From: Eledone cirrhosa
Taxonomy: Eukaryota
Reading direction: 5' to 3'
NCBI GenBank assembly: GCA_964016885.1
Contig: OZ024742.1
Coordinates: forward strand, 157,852,001 to 157,916,000
Length of the DNA stretch: 64,000 nucleotides
Both the position numbers and the translations under genes were made by a program. Shown here one piece after another: positions 26,734 to 41,305 of the stretch. A model generated the notes under the pieces. It made no database searches, had not been told where the DNA came from, and saw only the letters and a program-made list of their open reading frames with translations. Position 1 is the first letter of the stretch. Every line of letters starts with the position of its first letter.

Positions 26734-26963
26734 GGTGTGTTGTGAATGTATGTGTATGTATATGTATGCGTATATGTGTATATATATATATATATATATG
26801 TGTGTATATGTGTATATGTCTATGTATTTATATGTGTATATGTATGTGTCTCTATATGTATGCGTGTGTGTATGTATATGTGTATTTATATGGTGTGTGT
26901 ATGTATATGTATGTGTATGTATGTGTTTGTGTATATGTGTATGTATATGTATGTATATGTATG

Positions 26964-27004
<41 letters not shown>

Positions 27005-27063
27005 GTATGTATATCGATGTATATTTTATATTTTACTTGTTTATATATGTGTGTATGTATATA

Positions 27064-27094
<31 letters not shown>

Positions 27095-27735
27095 GTGTGT
27101 ATGTATATATTATATATATATATTTTCTTGATATATTTCTTTTTTCTTTTTCTTTTCTTTTTATTTCTAAGTTTATAGATACATTTATAAATAGGCAGTC
27201 TGCTGACACCGGTGAATACTGACCTCTCCCCCCCCCCCCACCCCACTTACTTTCTGTATCTGGATCTAAATGTGTGTGGCAGTGTTTATGTGCGCGCATT
27301 AATATCCATATGCTTATGATAATAGTATATACACACATATATATGTGTGTGGGGGTGTATGTGTGTATGTATGTTCGTGGTTGTGTGTATGTGTATGCGT
27401 ATACGCGCGTGTGTGTGTGAATGTACGTATATGTGTGAGTATATGAATGTGTGTATATATTTATTTTATATGTATATATGTGTGTACGTATATTATCTGT
27501 AGATTATAAACATACAGAGACATTAGCCTTGAATTTTTGTATTTACATACATCTTTTTGGCAAGCGTATGCATGTGAACATATATATTTATGCATATCTG
27601 TGAACGAAGTTACTTATATGCATATATACACACACCTAACTGTATAAACTTTTTGTATTTTCATTGGTCAATTTGAACTCTGTTCCCAAACAGACCTGTA
27701 ATTTTGAATTGTTGTTATTATCAATAAATATATTT

Positions 27736-27886
27736 CATTATTTCTGAAGACGGCATATATATGTGTTTGGTATGTATATTTAATTTTGATAGTTTGTATA
27801 ATTTTGTATAATTTTGTACATAGATTTGTTGAATATGCATGCCAATTCTAACACATATATATCCTAGAAACGATCGGTAAATGATG
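27736..27886 (+). ncRNA. Mirror hammerhead with about 116 nt helix II; cleavage triplet mutated to GGU
   Basis: cattattt-CTGAAGA-cggcatatatatgtgtt...aacacatatatatccta-GAAAC-gatc-GGT-aaatgatg. Confidence 0.65.
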
Positions 27887-27942
27887 AACTTTTTTTGTTT
27901 AATATAAGGAACTGTTTCATTGTTTTATTCATTATTTTTTTA

Positions 27943-28023
<81 letters not shown>

Positions 28024-28027
<4 letters not shown>

Positions 28028-28186
28028 CGAAGGAAATGTGGTAAGGAACCAGATGGACCATAACGCACCAAAGAATAGCCAAAGAATTAGTTCAGAATTA
28101 TCCGTCGAAACGACATGAGCTCAGCCGTCGGGGTCCTACTCGTTAAGGGTGAAAGCAGCTATTCTTTGCTTAAATTTAATCTGTTG

Positions 28187-28195
<9 letters not shown>
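28024..28195. mobile_element. Two-tailed fragment of the Naiad-like family between (TA)n tracts
   Basis: Left part matches 58095-58140; right part matches 12520-12572. Confidence 0.75.
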
Positions 28196-28254
<59 letters not shown>

Positions 28255-28258
<4 letters not shown>

Positions 28259-31200
28259 TAAACTTGCTTGGTAAGTTTTGTTTAAAATTCTTTAGAAATT
28301 TGTCATTGTGAACTTTTATTTTTATACCAATTTGTAGCGGGACTGACAATTCAAATTTTTATCTGGTTAGTCTCCCAAAATATCGTGCCCCTCAGGGCAA
28401 AAAGATCCAATATATTTTCGAAAATATTTTTGCAAAACACTTCAATTTTTAAAAAATGGCCGAAGCAAAGGCACCTACATCTTTGTCAATACAAGAAGAT
28501 GGGAAGGAAAAGCCATGCATACTTAACCAGCAAATAGTTACAGTCATGGACAAAGGAATGCCAACATTATCGCCTCATCATTTAGAAGAGGAACAAGCTT
28601 CAGTTGCTTGTAAGCATCTGTATCCACACACACAAGGAAGAATGTGTAGCAAATACTAACACCACCACAAGCAGCAACAACAACAACAACACAATAAATG
28701 AGAACAACAACAACACGACAAAAGGTATCAGCGGCAACACAACGAATGAGCCCATCATCACCATCAACAACAATAACAAAATTTCATTTGCAGCAACCGT
28801 TACTAAGCAACACGATTTTAAATATTACCCCATGGACATTTCCCAAAAGTCCCAATATTTGGAAGAAGCTTCCAACTATGTGACGTTTGAGGGTGACATC
28901 CCACACATACACATAGCCCCACAAGTAAGAGAGATGACACAGATAAAGAAACTAATTTATAGAACAGTTGACATCATAACCAAAAAACCCATAACGCTCT
29001 CAACAAGCACTATCGAAGCTGCACTAAAAGATATCAAGCCAGACGTGGAATACCTCCAAAGAGCTAAACAGTATGGAAGTGTGTCAGTGCTCTCTAAGAG
29101 CGAAACTTTGGCATAAAACACTCGGTTCACCCAATAAAAACGTATCAAGACATCTTCTTTCCCACATACATGGGAAGAAGATTCTACAAAATAAAAATAA
29201 CCAGGATCCCAGCAGAGGTAAATATATGATGGATCCTACGCTGCATCCTGAAGAAGGATAAGGACAGGACAGACAGGAATAACTGGTTTGGAACCTGCAT
29301 CGAGGTTTTGGTACACATGAGGCAGAGAGAGTTGAGAAAATACCGGACAGTATCGTCCTTGAGGAAGATGTCATCTCCACTTTAGTGGAGGGGAAAAGAC
29401 CTCAGTGACATAAGTGTGGGAAAACCACACACTTAAAGGCCTTTTGCCCTCCCTTAAACAAACCGAGGACAAACAAGGTGTTATTACCAACAGCAAAACC
29501 CCAACATCAACCCCACAAACCAAACACAACACAAACACCTGAAACATCCACTCCCACACAACCACAGACCAGAGACAACCACACACACAAAGTCCCACTG
29601 TAAAATCTTCCATTGCCTCCTCCTCCCTATCAAATGCTTCCACAAATACCTGCACAAACACTCCACCACAAAACATACCCCTCCCGTGTACCCCTGATTC
29701 CGAGTATCAGACACGTGAATATCTACATCTCCAAGTGAGAATGAAGAGGAACCCCAAAAATCCAAAAAACAAAAAAAAAAGAGACAAAAAAGACACTAAA
29801 ACATCTACAGAAAACAAGCACATATCCAACCCCGCCATAAACACACCGCCACAACCGACAAACACACCAACAACACAATCAGCACCAACACAACCAAACA
29901 CTTCACCAACAAAACAAACACCCACATCACCACAATCACAAACCCCAACCACAAAGAGAAAACTACAAACAGAATCAGTACACATAAAAAACAAAACACA
30001 TTATACATACATAAAAAAAGAGAAACAAAGAACTGTGGAAACTGTCCCAAAGGACCCCACAATACAAACGGAAGAGAAAACCTTCCCCACCAACGACCCA
30101 CCCCCAAACCTCAAACTTATCAGGGTAACAACCTTACAATATGAAACTTTAAAAGAGAACTTCCCACATGATGTGCCCCCCCCCCCTTGCCAAAAGTCCC
30201 TTAACCGTGTCCTGCTTAAAGGATTCCCTACCTCCCCAAACACCACCGATCCGGACATGGAGATCGAACAGCCCAACCTCCAGGAAACGAAAAGGTAAGT
30301 GTTCCTGCATTTTGCCTCCCTAAATCTTCTTCACCAACATGGTGACTATAAAAGCTGGATGTTTGAATGTACATGGCCTGGGCATGTCCTGGAAACAGAG
30401 CCAGTTTTAAATGATCTCAGGTCGCATTGTATAGATGTGATAGCCATCACCGAGTCCAGGTTTCACCACAAGCAGCAGCTAACTCCCATGTTCGATGATT
30501 TTGAGATCTACGCATCTCTCTGTCAGCCAGGAGGTGGAGGGGGAGTAGCTGTTCTGTTTCGAAGAAACTTGGATCTCAAAATACAGACGATTCACTTGGA
30601 CCCGGAGGGCAGCCTGGTAATCCTGGACGTGAATGGTAGTGAAGGTGGAGCTTTCAGACTGGTGGCCGTATATGCCCCGACTGGGACATCGCAACTAGAG
30701 TTCTTCAAGCGTCTGGAACCATTCCTGGGAACGTCTCGCTCCTTAGAGTTAGCGGGGGACTGGAATGGCCTCTCTTAGACGCACGTTGGGATTATTTAGG
30801 AGCTTGTGATAATATAGGGAGGAGATGTAATAGCCTCAAAAATCTCATCAGCCAATTCCAACTGGCTGATAGATATCGACTAGACTACCCAAGTGCACCA
30901 CTGTGGACGCGAAGCAACCGCACTGGATCTTCTAGATCGTATTTAGATAGATTTTTAATTAGACAGAATGATAAGGAAACATTAAGCTGTCCACAAAAGC
31001 ACATGGTTGCCTATTCAGACCACAAATTAGTCACCTGCGTAGTCAACCTTGATAGAACACATAGACAGGGACCCGGATACTGGAAGCTAAACATGTCGCT
31101 CCCGGCGCGTGAGGTCTACAGTAAACGGATTAGCACCTTACTTAAGTGCCAGTTGACGGAGGTGTTCATCAACAACAGGTGGTGGAGCTCTCTCAAGAAA

Positions 31201-33942
31201 GCAATTAAAATAGAATCGATAGAATTTAGCAAGGAAATAGCTTTAGAAAAAGACAAAACTGAAAAGGAACTGGTAGCTAAAATAGAAGAGGCACTTAGGA
31301 ATGACAGTACAGTTGACATGCTAGCGGCGAGAACGGAACTAGACCAGTTCTTCAACGTGAAACACGAAGTTTGTATTGTCAGAAGTAGAACACGTGCTCT
31401 AAAAAACGAGGGAGCCAAAGCTGTTAGCTGGGCCCGAGTGGCAGAGGCGAAAAGTGGCAACAATTCCACAATTCTGACTTTGCAAGACAAAGATGGACGC
31501 ATTATACTTGAATCCAAGCAGATGTGCACAACCTTCCAGGAGCATTTTGCACAACTGTTCAGGCAAAGCGGTACATCGAGCGAGGTGATGGACTTCAGCT
31601 CCTACCTCGACGGCGTACCCCGACTCTCGAGCACGGATGCAGAGAGCTGCGAAAGGCAGATCACAGCGGGCGAAATAGAAGATGCCCTCGGCCGCTGCGG
31701 GAAACGTAAATCACCCGGTTTATATGGTCTACCCTATGAGTTTTACATAGACATGCCAGACTTGTTCTCTGGCGTCTTCAAAGCGGTCTACTGCAACTGG
31801 CAGCAGAACGGGAGGATTTCCAGTTCTGTAGGCAGAGGCGTAGTAACGCTGATCAGGAAAGATGAGAAAACGGGGAATGAGAAAAGCGATTTCAAGCACA
31901 TAGCTCTGCTCAACACAGAGTTAAAGATTTTAGCGATGGTGTTAGCAGCAACGCTGGCACTTGTCGTCGAGAACTTGCTAGGGGAAGCAGAAACGTGTGC
32001 AATCCCTACCAGATCGATACACGACAACCTCCACCTCATGCGATACATCATAGAGAGGGTTTGGTATAAACCTGGCTTCGGTGGGGCTCTGATCAATTTA
32101 GATCAGCCTAAGGCATTTAATAGGGTCGACTATCAATACTTGGAAGCAGTCCTCATGGCGACCGGCTTCGGTCCTGTCTTCAGAGGCTGGATCGCTGCTA
32201 TGCACACCAGCATCTGCTCAGCAGTCAAGGTGAATGGCTACCTATCAGAGCCATTCCAAATCATGCGTTCCATCCGTCAGGGATGCCCTCTATCCTGCAT
32301 TCTGTATGTACTGACTCTAGCCGTTACTGCGGAAGTTGGAGCTGTTGCAGGGCATCCCGATCGAACCAGGACTGCGGAAAGCAACGTCGGCCTATGCCGA
32401 CGACATATACGTAATGACGTCGAAAACCTCGGATATCGGGGTAATCGGCAACCTATTACAGGAATACGAAACGTTGACAGGAGCAAGACTAAACCCAAAC
32501 AAGTCTGTCGGTTTGTAACTTGGCACATGGAGAGGCAAACCCATGCCTTCCGACAGTGTCGTTGGACGCTGGATGGATGGACTAGACCTCCAGATCGACA
32601 AGAACTGGAACTAGGTCACGGCGAAGTGGGCTGAGTGCAAGCTCTCCTTGAAAGGTCGAGCGGAGGTGGCGAACACTTACATAGCGTCAGTCATCTACTA
32701 CCGCTTGATAGTCATGTCTTGCCCCCGCGAATACGTTACCAAAATGGAACGCCTACTCTTCAAGTTCCTCTGGAAGAAACAGGCTCCATTGGTGGGGAGA
32801 TCCATCTGCTGTCGACACCCATCTAACGGAGGGATGGGCATGCCGTGCTGATGATGCGCAAACACGCGCTGAGGCTACGCCATCTCCAGGTATTCCTGAC
32901 CGGCGAACCGGTGTGGCTGTCGTTTGTGAGACATGCTCTTCTACAACTCGTCTCACTAACAGAGCTGATGTCCTTGGTCAAGCGAAGACCGAAAATGGGT
33001 GCCTGGCACCTCGAGTGCTATCGAGGCGCTCACAGCCCTCTACCAAGCGGAAACGGCAATCAGCGGAGACTCCACTTCGACATTCTATGTGGGATTAGTG
33101 GAGGATAAGTACGACGACGTTCTCGGGGAAACTCTAGGCATCGAGGACTACGAACTGACCAGTCTGTTCGGGAGGACTTTCCGTCCAGGGCCTATGGATA
33201 ACTTACAGAGGTCTCTGGCCTGGCAGTGCTATCGAGGAACTCTACCAGTTCGAGACACAATCTTCAGGCACAGGCGCCCTGGCAGAGATCCTGCCAGAAG
33301 GATCTGTCCAAGATGCAAACAGGACATCGAAACCGTTCTGCACGCAATTGTTCAGTGCCCAGGGGTGACCGACCTGTGGAATTATGTTGAACAGCTACTG
33401 TCACGTGTGGGACGCATCCAGTTGTCAGCCGAGTCCATCGTGAGAATCATCCCTCCGCCTTCATTTAAGAACGAAGGAGAGGCAGTTTTCCTCTGTCTGG
33501 TGGCTATGGCGAAAGAGGTAATATGGTGGACCAGGTTAAAAGGATTGAGGGCAAACACCTTTCGCTCCGGACAACAACTTATCCCCTTATTGAACTATCA
33601 CTTGAGAAGGAAGGTGAGAATGGAGAGAGAGGTGCTACACACCAGTAAATTCGCTGAAAGGTGGGTGAATGTGGCGAAAATGGCCTGAGTGAATGGGCCT
33701 TCTCTGTATATAAACCTGTAGGTTGAGGAAGATAAACAGAGGGAAGACAGGAACCCTACAAAACGGTGTAAAACAACTCTGCAGTAACGTTCCCACCCTA
33801 TTGGGGAGTTCAATTGTTACTTTATTATATATAGTTTATTGTTATTTATTAATGTTAAAGTTATTTTTATGTAAAACCCCCGCCGTCGCGTCTAGTAATG
33901 TCCCATTTTTGTACTCCCCTATGGCAAATAAATAAAGAAAGA
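28255..33942 (+). mobile_element. Tx1/L1-clade LINE, near full-length, decayed
   Basis: ORF1-like low-complexity region; APE motifs (DVIAITES, GGVAVLF, VYAP, AGDWN, YLDR, SDH); RT motifs (KSPGLYGL..EFY, QGCPLS, AYADD); zf-RVT CPRC...ETVLH...C; aaataaataaag tail. Confidence 0.9.
30340..33688 (+). pseudogene. Tx1/L1 ORF2 (APE-RT-zf-RVT) with stops and frameshifts
   Basis: ORF pieces 30299, 31003, 32336, 32648, 32845 and 32999 are colinear. Confidence 0.9.
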
Positions 33943-34106
33943 TAACTATCTCTGCTTTAGACTCTCCTCCTTCCATTCTCTCCCTATGTGCGTTCGTCCG
34001 CTCAATATGTGATTATATTTTAACCTGACGTTTTGCTATTGCGCAGAGTAATCAGCTGTTCACAGCTTTCTCTGCGCTGCGAGTCATACAGTTTTATGAA
34101 GTTTCA

Positions 34107-34137
<31 letters not shown>

Positions 34138-35453
34138 TTAATTATAATTATTACTCACAATAATTTCTATATTTTCATTTATATTTATACTCGGAATTTT
34201 TCTTAGAGTGCTTAAAATTATTTGTGACTAATCCCGGTCTTTTTTTTTTAAACCGCAATAATATTGCTAGTTTGCTGAACTCCTTACATATTGTAGAGTT
34301 TTTTCGGAATGTTTTTTGACTGCTGTTTCTTGTAAATAGACATTCGTCTCATTCTGACGTCACCAGCCATGTCTCTCCATGTGTGTTTATTTTTATAATT
34401 CCGCACAAGGTGAACTAGCCTGCTTTTAAATTCCCTTTTTCGCATATTCTGGCAGTGATTTAGGGTTATCGTGTTTGAGCTCCACTGATGAACGACTCCA
34501 ACCCTGATCATCCCCACTGAACAGTTTCGTGAAATAGTCTTTTGAAGACTATATAGAGCATTTGTAGTTATTTCCAAATTGAATGATGAGTATTTAAGCT
34601 TTAATTGATTCTGAGTTAAGACCCTATTGGTTTTATCCCTGGATTTCACAAAATCTTGGGATAAAGTGTCTGTCTTGATTTTTTTTTTTTTTTTTTGAAA
34701 TTGAGTTTGAATTATTTTCCTATATCTTACATTAATTATTTTCCATTTAGACGTTATAGTCACTTATATATTATGAAATACTTTTGGCTCTTGCTCACAA
34801 TATTTCTATATTTTCATACATATATATATATAGCATCAGTTATATACATATATATGTAGCATCAGTTCCCCCACCCCTGTAATTTTAAGATAGAATTGGC
34901 CGAATACGTTTTACTAACTACTTATAGCAGACGTGTTAACCCCTTTAATTCTGTATCACTTCTGGTACTACTCAATGTCTACAAGTTTTTTCTATTCTCA
35001 ACTTATTAAACTGTAAATGTAAGATCGCATTGTGATTTTTTTTATTCATTTCTCACTAATTTTATATATTTCTTTTAATTTCTTTCTGTTATCTTTAAAT
35101 GTCTCGTACTCTCATTCGATTTACCTATTCCATAACCTCCCTGCCCCACTTCATACACTAGCCTTAGAATCTGCTGTATACATATCACTTTCAACGCTTG
35201 ACCGCTCCACTCACTCCCCTATTGGTCTACAGGCAAGTTCAGCCACCCCTACCTCCCACCAGATGCCATGATAGACAGATGCCATGATGTGTTTACAACA
35301 AATGTTAACCAATCCTCTTGAAAACTACAATATTCCCATATAAGGAAGTACCCCCTTGAAAAGTTCGGCTATTTATTCACCATACTAAACATTTTAATTT
35401 AGTCCAGAAATAGCCGTCAAGACGGCTTGAGCTCTGCCGGCAGGATCATACTT

Positions 35454-35492
<39 letters not shown>

Positions 35493-35661
35493 TGTACACG
35501 TACATACATATATGTATTCAAACGTACAGTAGTATGTATATATATACATACATGTACACATGTATACGTCTGTTTACATATATGTATGTACGTGTACATA
35601 CTTACATTTAATTATCAGCCGTACTAAGAATGAGAAATGAAATTTCGTTTCATCCTTTTCC

Positions 35662-35696
<35 letters not shown>

Positions 35697-35699
<3 letters not shown>

Positions 35700-35808
35700 A
35701 TAATAATAAATTTGAAGACTAAAATCCAAAGAGGGCTCGATAAGGGCAAATATATATCAAATATATAAGAACCGTAGGGAAAATAATTATTAAAATATAT
35801 TTATTTTA

Positions 35809-35878
<70 letters not shown>

Positions 35879-36082
35879 ATACATTTGAAGACTAAAATCT
35901 AAAGAGGGCTCGATAAGGATAAATATATATCAAATATATAAAAACCGTAGAGCAAATATTTATTAAAATAACAGATTAAAGTTTAAGAATCGCTGCTTTC
36001 ACCCTTAACGGGATCTTCTAAAACCCGTTAAGGGTGAAAGCACCGATTCTTTGCTTAAACTTTAACCTGTTATTTTAATAAA

Positions 36083-36085
<3 letters not shown>
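35697..36085. repeat. Two foldback pLTR-tail units of the Naiad-like family separated by (TA)n
   Basis: 35961-36012 is the reverse complement of 36024-36082; 35697-35797 duplicates 35875-35970. Confidence 0.85.
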
Positions 36086-36124
<39 letters not shown>

Positions 36125-36867
36125 CCGAGGGGTGTAAATATACATCGTGTTACGGAGAAAGTAGGATAATCACGTTGTAGTACGTATGGGTATATTTCAC
36201 ACGAATCACACATATTTATGAGAACGTATGTATTTCTCTATGAATGTTAGTATAATTGTGAACGTGTACGCCTCACTGAGCGTGGTCAATGGATTAAAAT
36301 GTTCATTTCGCAATTGCAAGGTCGTGTGTTTGATAACATTGTGAGGAATCTTCGGTATTCCTTATTTGTAAACCTGCGTAATGGGAAATTATTTTGAAGC
36401 TCGTTAGATGCACATCAATAAGATGTAATGCTCGAGGTGTACTGTTCATCGAAACCGATGCAGGTCCATTTCATTAACAGAATATGATTTACTTATGCTC
36501 TCTCCAAATTTAGGAACGTTTCATTTGCGAGGTAAAAACATATTTCCTAATTAAATCTATAATTAGCAACGTATTTCTCTTTATAAATTTGACTCTGTAA
36601 GTCAGAAACTGCGAGACCACGTATAAATTTAAAAGTCAGAGCAAAAATAGCATATACAATAATTGAAAATCCACAACGTAGGTAATTTAAATATACACAC
36701 ACGAACATGCATATATGTGTGTTCTTTCCGTATGCATATATGTGTGTGTGTGTGTGTGTGTGTGTATGCGCGCGTGTGTGTGCGTGTGTATGTGTGTGTG
36801 TGTATGTGCATCTGTGTGTTTCTGCATATATTCAGTCTATCCCTTACTTCTCTTTCTACCTCCATCC

Positions 36868-36945
<78 letters not shown>

Positions 36946-37303
36946 CCTCTATCTCTCTCTTCTCAATATCTCCGGAATCATGACTGGGCGATTTTCAATG
37001 TGCTGTATATACTGCTTTTCAAATTTATATCATACGATGTCAAATTTAATGTGAAATACGCTATATACTTTTTATTTGTAATTGTTTACATGTGTACGTA
37101 ATTTAAATATTAAATGTCTCCAACAGACACGCTTGCGTGAGAAACAAATTAATGTATGTAAAAAATACACAGAGAAAAAACGAATTTCCATATATTTTTT
37201 TAGTCCGATTTCATCTAAAATGTTTGTATCATTATACATCGCTTATGCTTGCATGTAAATAGGTATGTATTAACGTATACATGCAAATGTGTCAGCATAT
37301 ATT

Positions 37304-37363
<60 letters not shown>

Positions 37364-37774
37364 CACATATATGTGTCTGTTTGTGCGTGTGTGTGTCTCT
37401 GTGCATGTCTACGTCTGCAGTTCTTATTCCTGCCAATAATTGTGTAACTTGAGAGTGTATAATTCCCCACCTGTATATATATTCACTGATGTAAATTTAT
37501 GAAATAGAGAAACTATAAATATATGTAAGTAATTGCTGAATATAAAGAATTTGGCTGGATTGAAAATTATGTTTTATAGAACTAATATCTGAGGAACTGA
37601 CAAATTATATTAGTTATAAGGAATGTGGTGTTCATGAACAGATATTTTAATTAAATTACCTAGAATTGAAATATTTTTAATGGCATAGGAGACACATATT
37701 TTGCATGTTTGTATTATATTATATTATATTATATTATATTATTTCGTGTTCATTCATTGAATGAGCATGATGTC

Positions 37775-37870
37775 ATCGACCTCGGGATGTTGGAAGGGAA
37801 AGTAAACCTCGGTGAGCTTTGAACTTAGAATGTATATTGTTATGAAATACCGCAAATCATTTTGTTCGTT
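37775..37870 (-). mobile_element. Old SINE remnant
   Basis: atcgacctc...ggaaagtaaacctcggtgagctttgaacttagaa. Confidence 0.5.
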
Positions 37871-38374
37871 TATCAATCGTTCTTTAATCAACCCTAACTG
37901 GAGGTTCTCCCTAATCAGGAAAATTAATTAACATCATATTGTATACAATGGATACATTTCTCTCATTGTATACAATATTTCCTCAGCTATTCATGTAAAC
38001 TCTAACCTTGTGGCAAATGAAAGAAATCTTTACTACTATGCATTTCAATTTCTTGTTTTGATCTCATATCACCGGTTCAAAATCATAGCCCTGTCGTTAT
38101 TCAATGTATACACTGGTACTCTGAAGGCAGCACCTCCGAAGAAGGTGTTGGATTTTTTGTTTTGTTTTTGTTTTGTTTTTGCTGGATAATGTTTCCTTCT
38201 AGTTTGTCGGTGAATTTTCCAGCCCGCATTCATTGTTCTCTCATCAGTACTGCTGTCGTTTGGGATGGGCGTTATGTCTCTTGTGGTGGAGATCTCAATC
38301 TGAAGATCATCATACGTAGAGGGTTTTCTATAAACATAATTGATGTCAATTAGCAAAACGCTATAACCATGGTA

Positions 38375-38800
38375 TTATTAATAATTGTTTCTACTTTTTG
38401 GCACAAGGCCTGCAATAACCCAGAGTATTACTGGTACTTTATTTTATCGACCCCGTAAGAATGATAGGCATAATTAACCTCGGTGGAGATTGAACTCAGA
38501 ATGGTAAGGGCCGCAACTCTATGTGTCAAAGCATGGCGTCCGACCCTCTGCCGATACTGCCAATCCAACGCTTTTTGCCAATCCAACGCCCTTTTATTAT
38601 TCACAAAAGCATTAATAATTGTTTCTACCTTTGGCACCAGGCCAGCAAATTACCCAGTACATTACTGGTACTTTATTTTATCGACCCCGTAAGGATGAAA
38701 GGCAACGTTAACCTCGGCGGGATTTGAACTCAGAATGGCAAGGACCGTAACTCTATGCGTCAAAGCATGGCGTCCGACCCTCTACCGATACTGCTGATCC
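38375..38800 (-). mobile_element. Two tandem tRNA-derived SINEs (Nin-like core, ATT tail)
   Basis: Minus strand: TGGCAGTATCGG (A box), GAGTTCAAATCC (B box), gcctttcatccttacggggtcgataaaataaagtaccag. Confidence 0.88.
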
Positions 38801-38849
38801 ACCAAAGGCATTAATAATGATATCTGACCAGTTTTCTATGACTTTCTTC

Positions 38850-39780
38850 TCCATTTTAATTGCCACTTCCTATACAACGGTATCTTTCAGTTATGTAATC
38901 ATATCATTTTATAAGGAATTTGATGTCATATTCGCTGCATACTTTCCAGTATATATATGGGGATCTCTTATTGTGACATTGAATATATTCATTTTCTGCC
39001 AATATTGTGCATTCGGGGATAATGTGATCACCAGTTTCCTCATTGGTCACAAATATCCCTATATTGGTCACAAATATCCCTACATATCATTGGTCACACA
39101 TATTGCCTACATTCTGGGCTTGCTAATATGTTGATATTGCGGAGGCACTATAAAAGCTCTCATTTTCAGCGTTTAGTCCGATATCTTTCCAAACTTGATA
39201 TTTTTCCAAGAGATTTGATTCCTTGATTATTATTTTTTGCGTGTTGTAACTACATTACCGAGTACAGCTCTGAGTTAATTGGCTGCGTGCAGTGTATGTT
39301 TTGATGATTTTATTTCTATTGTATTGAGAATACTCTACGTAATATATCTGGAGTGCGTTGTTTAGAACATGTTTTGAATGCTTTATACGTATGTAGGCTT
39401 TTGTTATGTACCTGCCTGTGTGTTTTTATCATTCCCTATTTTTATTGGGGTTGTTTCTTTTTCTCATCCACATTCGGTTTTCTTTTTTTTTTTTTTTTGT
39501 ATCTCCACATATTTCTATCTGGATAATTTCTCAATTTCCTTGATGGATATATCGTCATCTTTTTTATAGATACATGAATTTGAAGATATGTTTTAATGTG
39601 GTCTTTAACTATAATACCTGTTATTTTGTATTTCATCTTTCTGTATATTTGTATATCCCTGAGTATGATTACATTGTCATTCTCTGCTACAATGTATCGT
39701 GTATATCTGTACGAATTTTCTCTGTTGTTATGTCATACTTTCATCCTGATATCTTCGGAAGTTCGTCTGACTCTTTGAAG
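38850..39780 (-). pseudogene. Possible highly decayed PLE remnant
   Basis: Scattered minus-strand fragments (DDI, KPR followed by Cys-like linker); weak. Confidence 0.28.
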
Positions 39781-40083
39781 TAAAGTGTCTAGCACTACTA
39801 AATTACGAATGTTATAGTTACCGTTATTATTTTAGTTCATGTTGTCGTTACAATCACCATCATCGTAGTCATTCCAAATTAATGTTATACTAAAAGAGAA
39901 ACTATGTAAACAAACCACAGTTACATAGAAAATATGTACAAACAAAGATTGATAGGATTAAATACCGGAAAAATAAAATGACTGCTTCATTAAATACAAA
40001 GATGTCAGTAGTATTTACTAAGTTTCCATTACAGACATATATACTTTTCAACTATGGTATACATTTGAATGTGTATGTATGTG

Positions 40084-40152
<69 letters not shown>

Positions 40153-40220
40153 ATACATATAATGTATATACACACATACACACATACATACACATACAAA
40201 TATATACCATAGTTGAAAAG

Positions 40221-40271
<51 letters not shown>

Positions 40272-40784
40272 GGGGTGTATGCATTCTTATATGTATTTGT
40301 TTAGTAAGATACTTATCCAGAAGATGACGTCCGACATAAAATATTTGTTGGTATTATTTGCAATATAATTGGTGGCATATTGTTTTTATCATGTTTGTTT
40401 TCATGTTGCTTTAGACGGAAACTATAGCTTAGAAGTGATTAAATTTCAATGACTAAGCGCTAGACTACGAAGCAAGAAAAAAAATATACATTGTGAATGT
40501 CAGTTAGTGTATTTGCGTTGAATACACTCAAATACTTACATATATGCAAATATATATAGAGAGAGACAGGCATATGTGTGCGTGTGAATATGAGTCTATT
40601 TGAGTGTATATACCTATGTACATATAATATATAGTAGGGCTGTATATTGTAGCATATATGATATGTTTATGTATAGTATCCATACGAGTGTCTCCTTATG
40701 AATCTTTTAAACTCGCATGATGTAAAATCTATCTCACCTGCTACTGAGGTAGCTGTCACATGTTCCTAACTTAAGAAATCCACA

Positions 40785-40945
40785 GTGAGACAACTTAAGA
40801 TATTCTATATGGACGCACACGCTTTTGATAGGTACCGACAATGCTGCTGGTCTATATTGGTCACAGTGACAGACGTAGTCCAAGGCTGTCCTTTGAGCAT
40901 TTTACACTGCGAAACAAATCAAATCACGCGAAGCATCATGGTAAG
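40785..40945 (+). pseudogene. LINE RT remnant
   Basis: LKIFY.....VTDVVQGCPLSIL resembles the GVRQGCPLS motif. Confidence 0.45.
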
Positions 40946-41208
40946 GACAGTTGCCTATAGTATTATATGCACGAGATTTTAGTCGCATAATATGTAACGA
41001 AGAGGGTCGCTTAGGAAGAGCACCATGACCATATAATCATATATATATATAACTAACAAATAGTTTATCGCTCTACATGGCTGAATACAGTAAATGTAAT
41101 CTGAGTTATTCGAATTTTAATAATAATATTCGTTCGTTTGCAATTATGCAAACATCCTCTTTTTAAGCAATGTCAGTAGAATGACCACCGAATTCTTGCT
41201 CTTGTATT

Positions 41209-41305
<97 letters not shown>

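Larger units (their letters stand above)
24367..27952. repeat. About 3.6 kb non-coding palindrome (arms about 24367-25740 and 26570-27952), microsatellite-rich, with a giant hammerhead near each outer end
   Basis: Unique blocks mirror, e.g. 24432-24830 with 27480-27886 and 25020-25190 with 27115-27300. Confidence 0.93.

Noticed and set aside
24671-27338. Long ORFs up to 385 aa rich in Y/I/V/C/M/H/T (also at 3-5 kb, 10.8 kb, 17.6-18.7 kb, 36.7 kb and 42 kb)
   Set aside because: These are translations of (TA)n/(TG)n/(GTAT)n tracts, which lack stop codons and are open in several frames
34284-34763. 159 aa minus-strand ORF
   Set aside because: No recognisable motif; it runs through a poly-A tract
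36275-36380. tRNA-like A/B boxes
   Set aside because: Too degenerate; at most an old SINE head, with no cloverleaf
37937-37979. 15 bp-arm hairpin atattgtatacaatg
   Set aside because: Short, AT-rich and isolated; plausibly a local template switch
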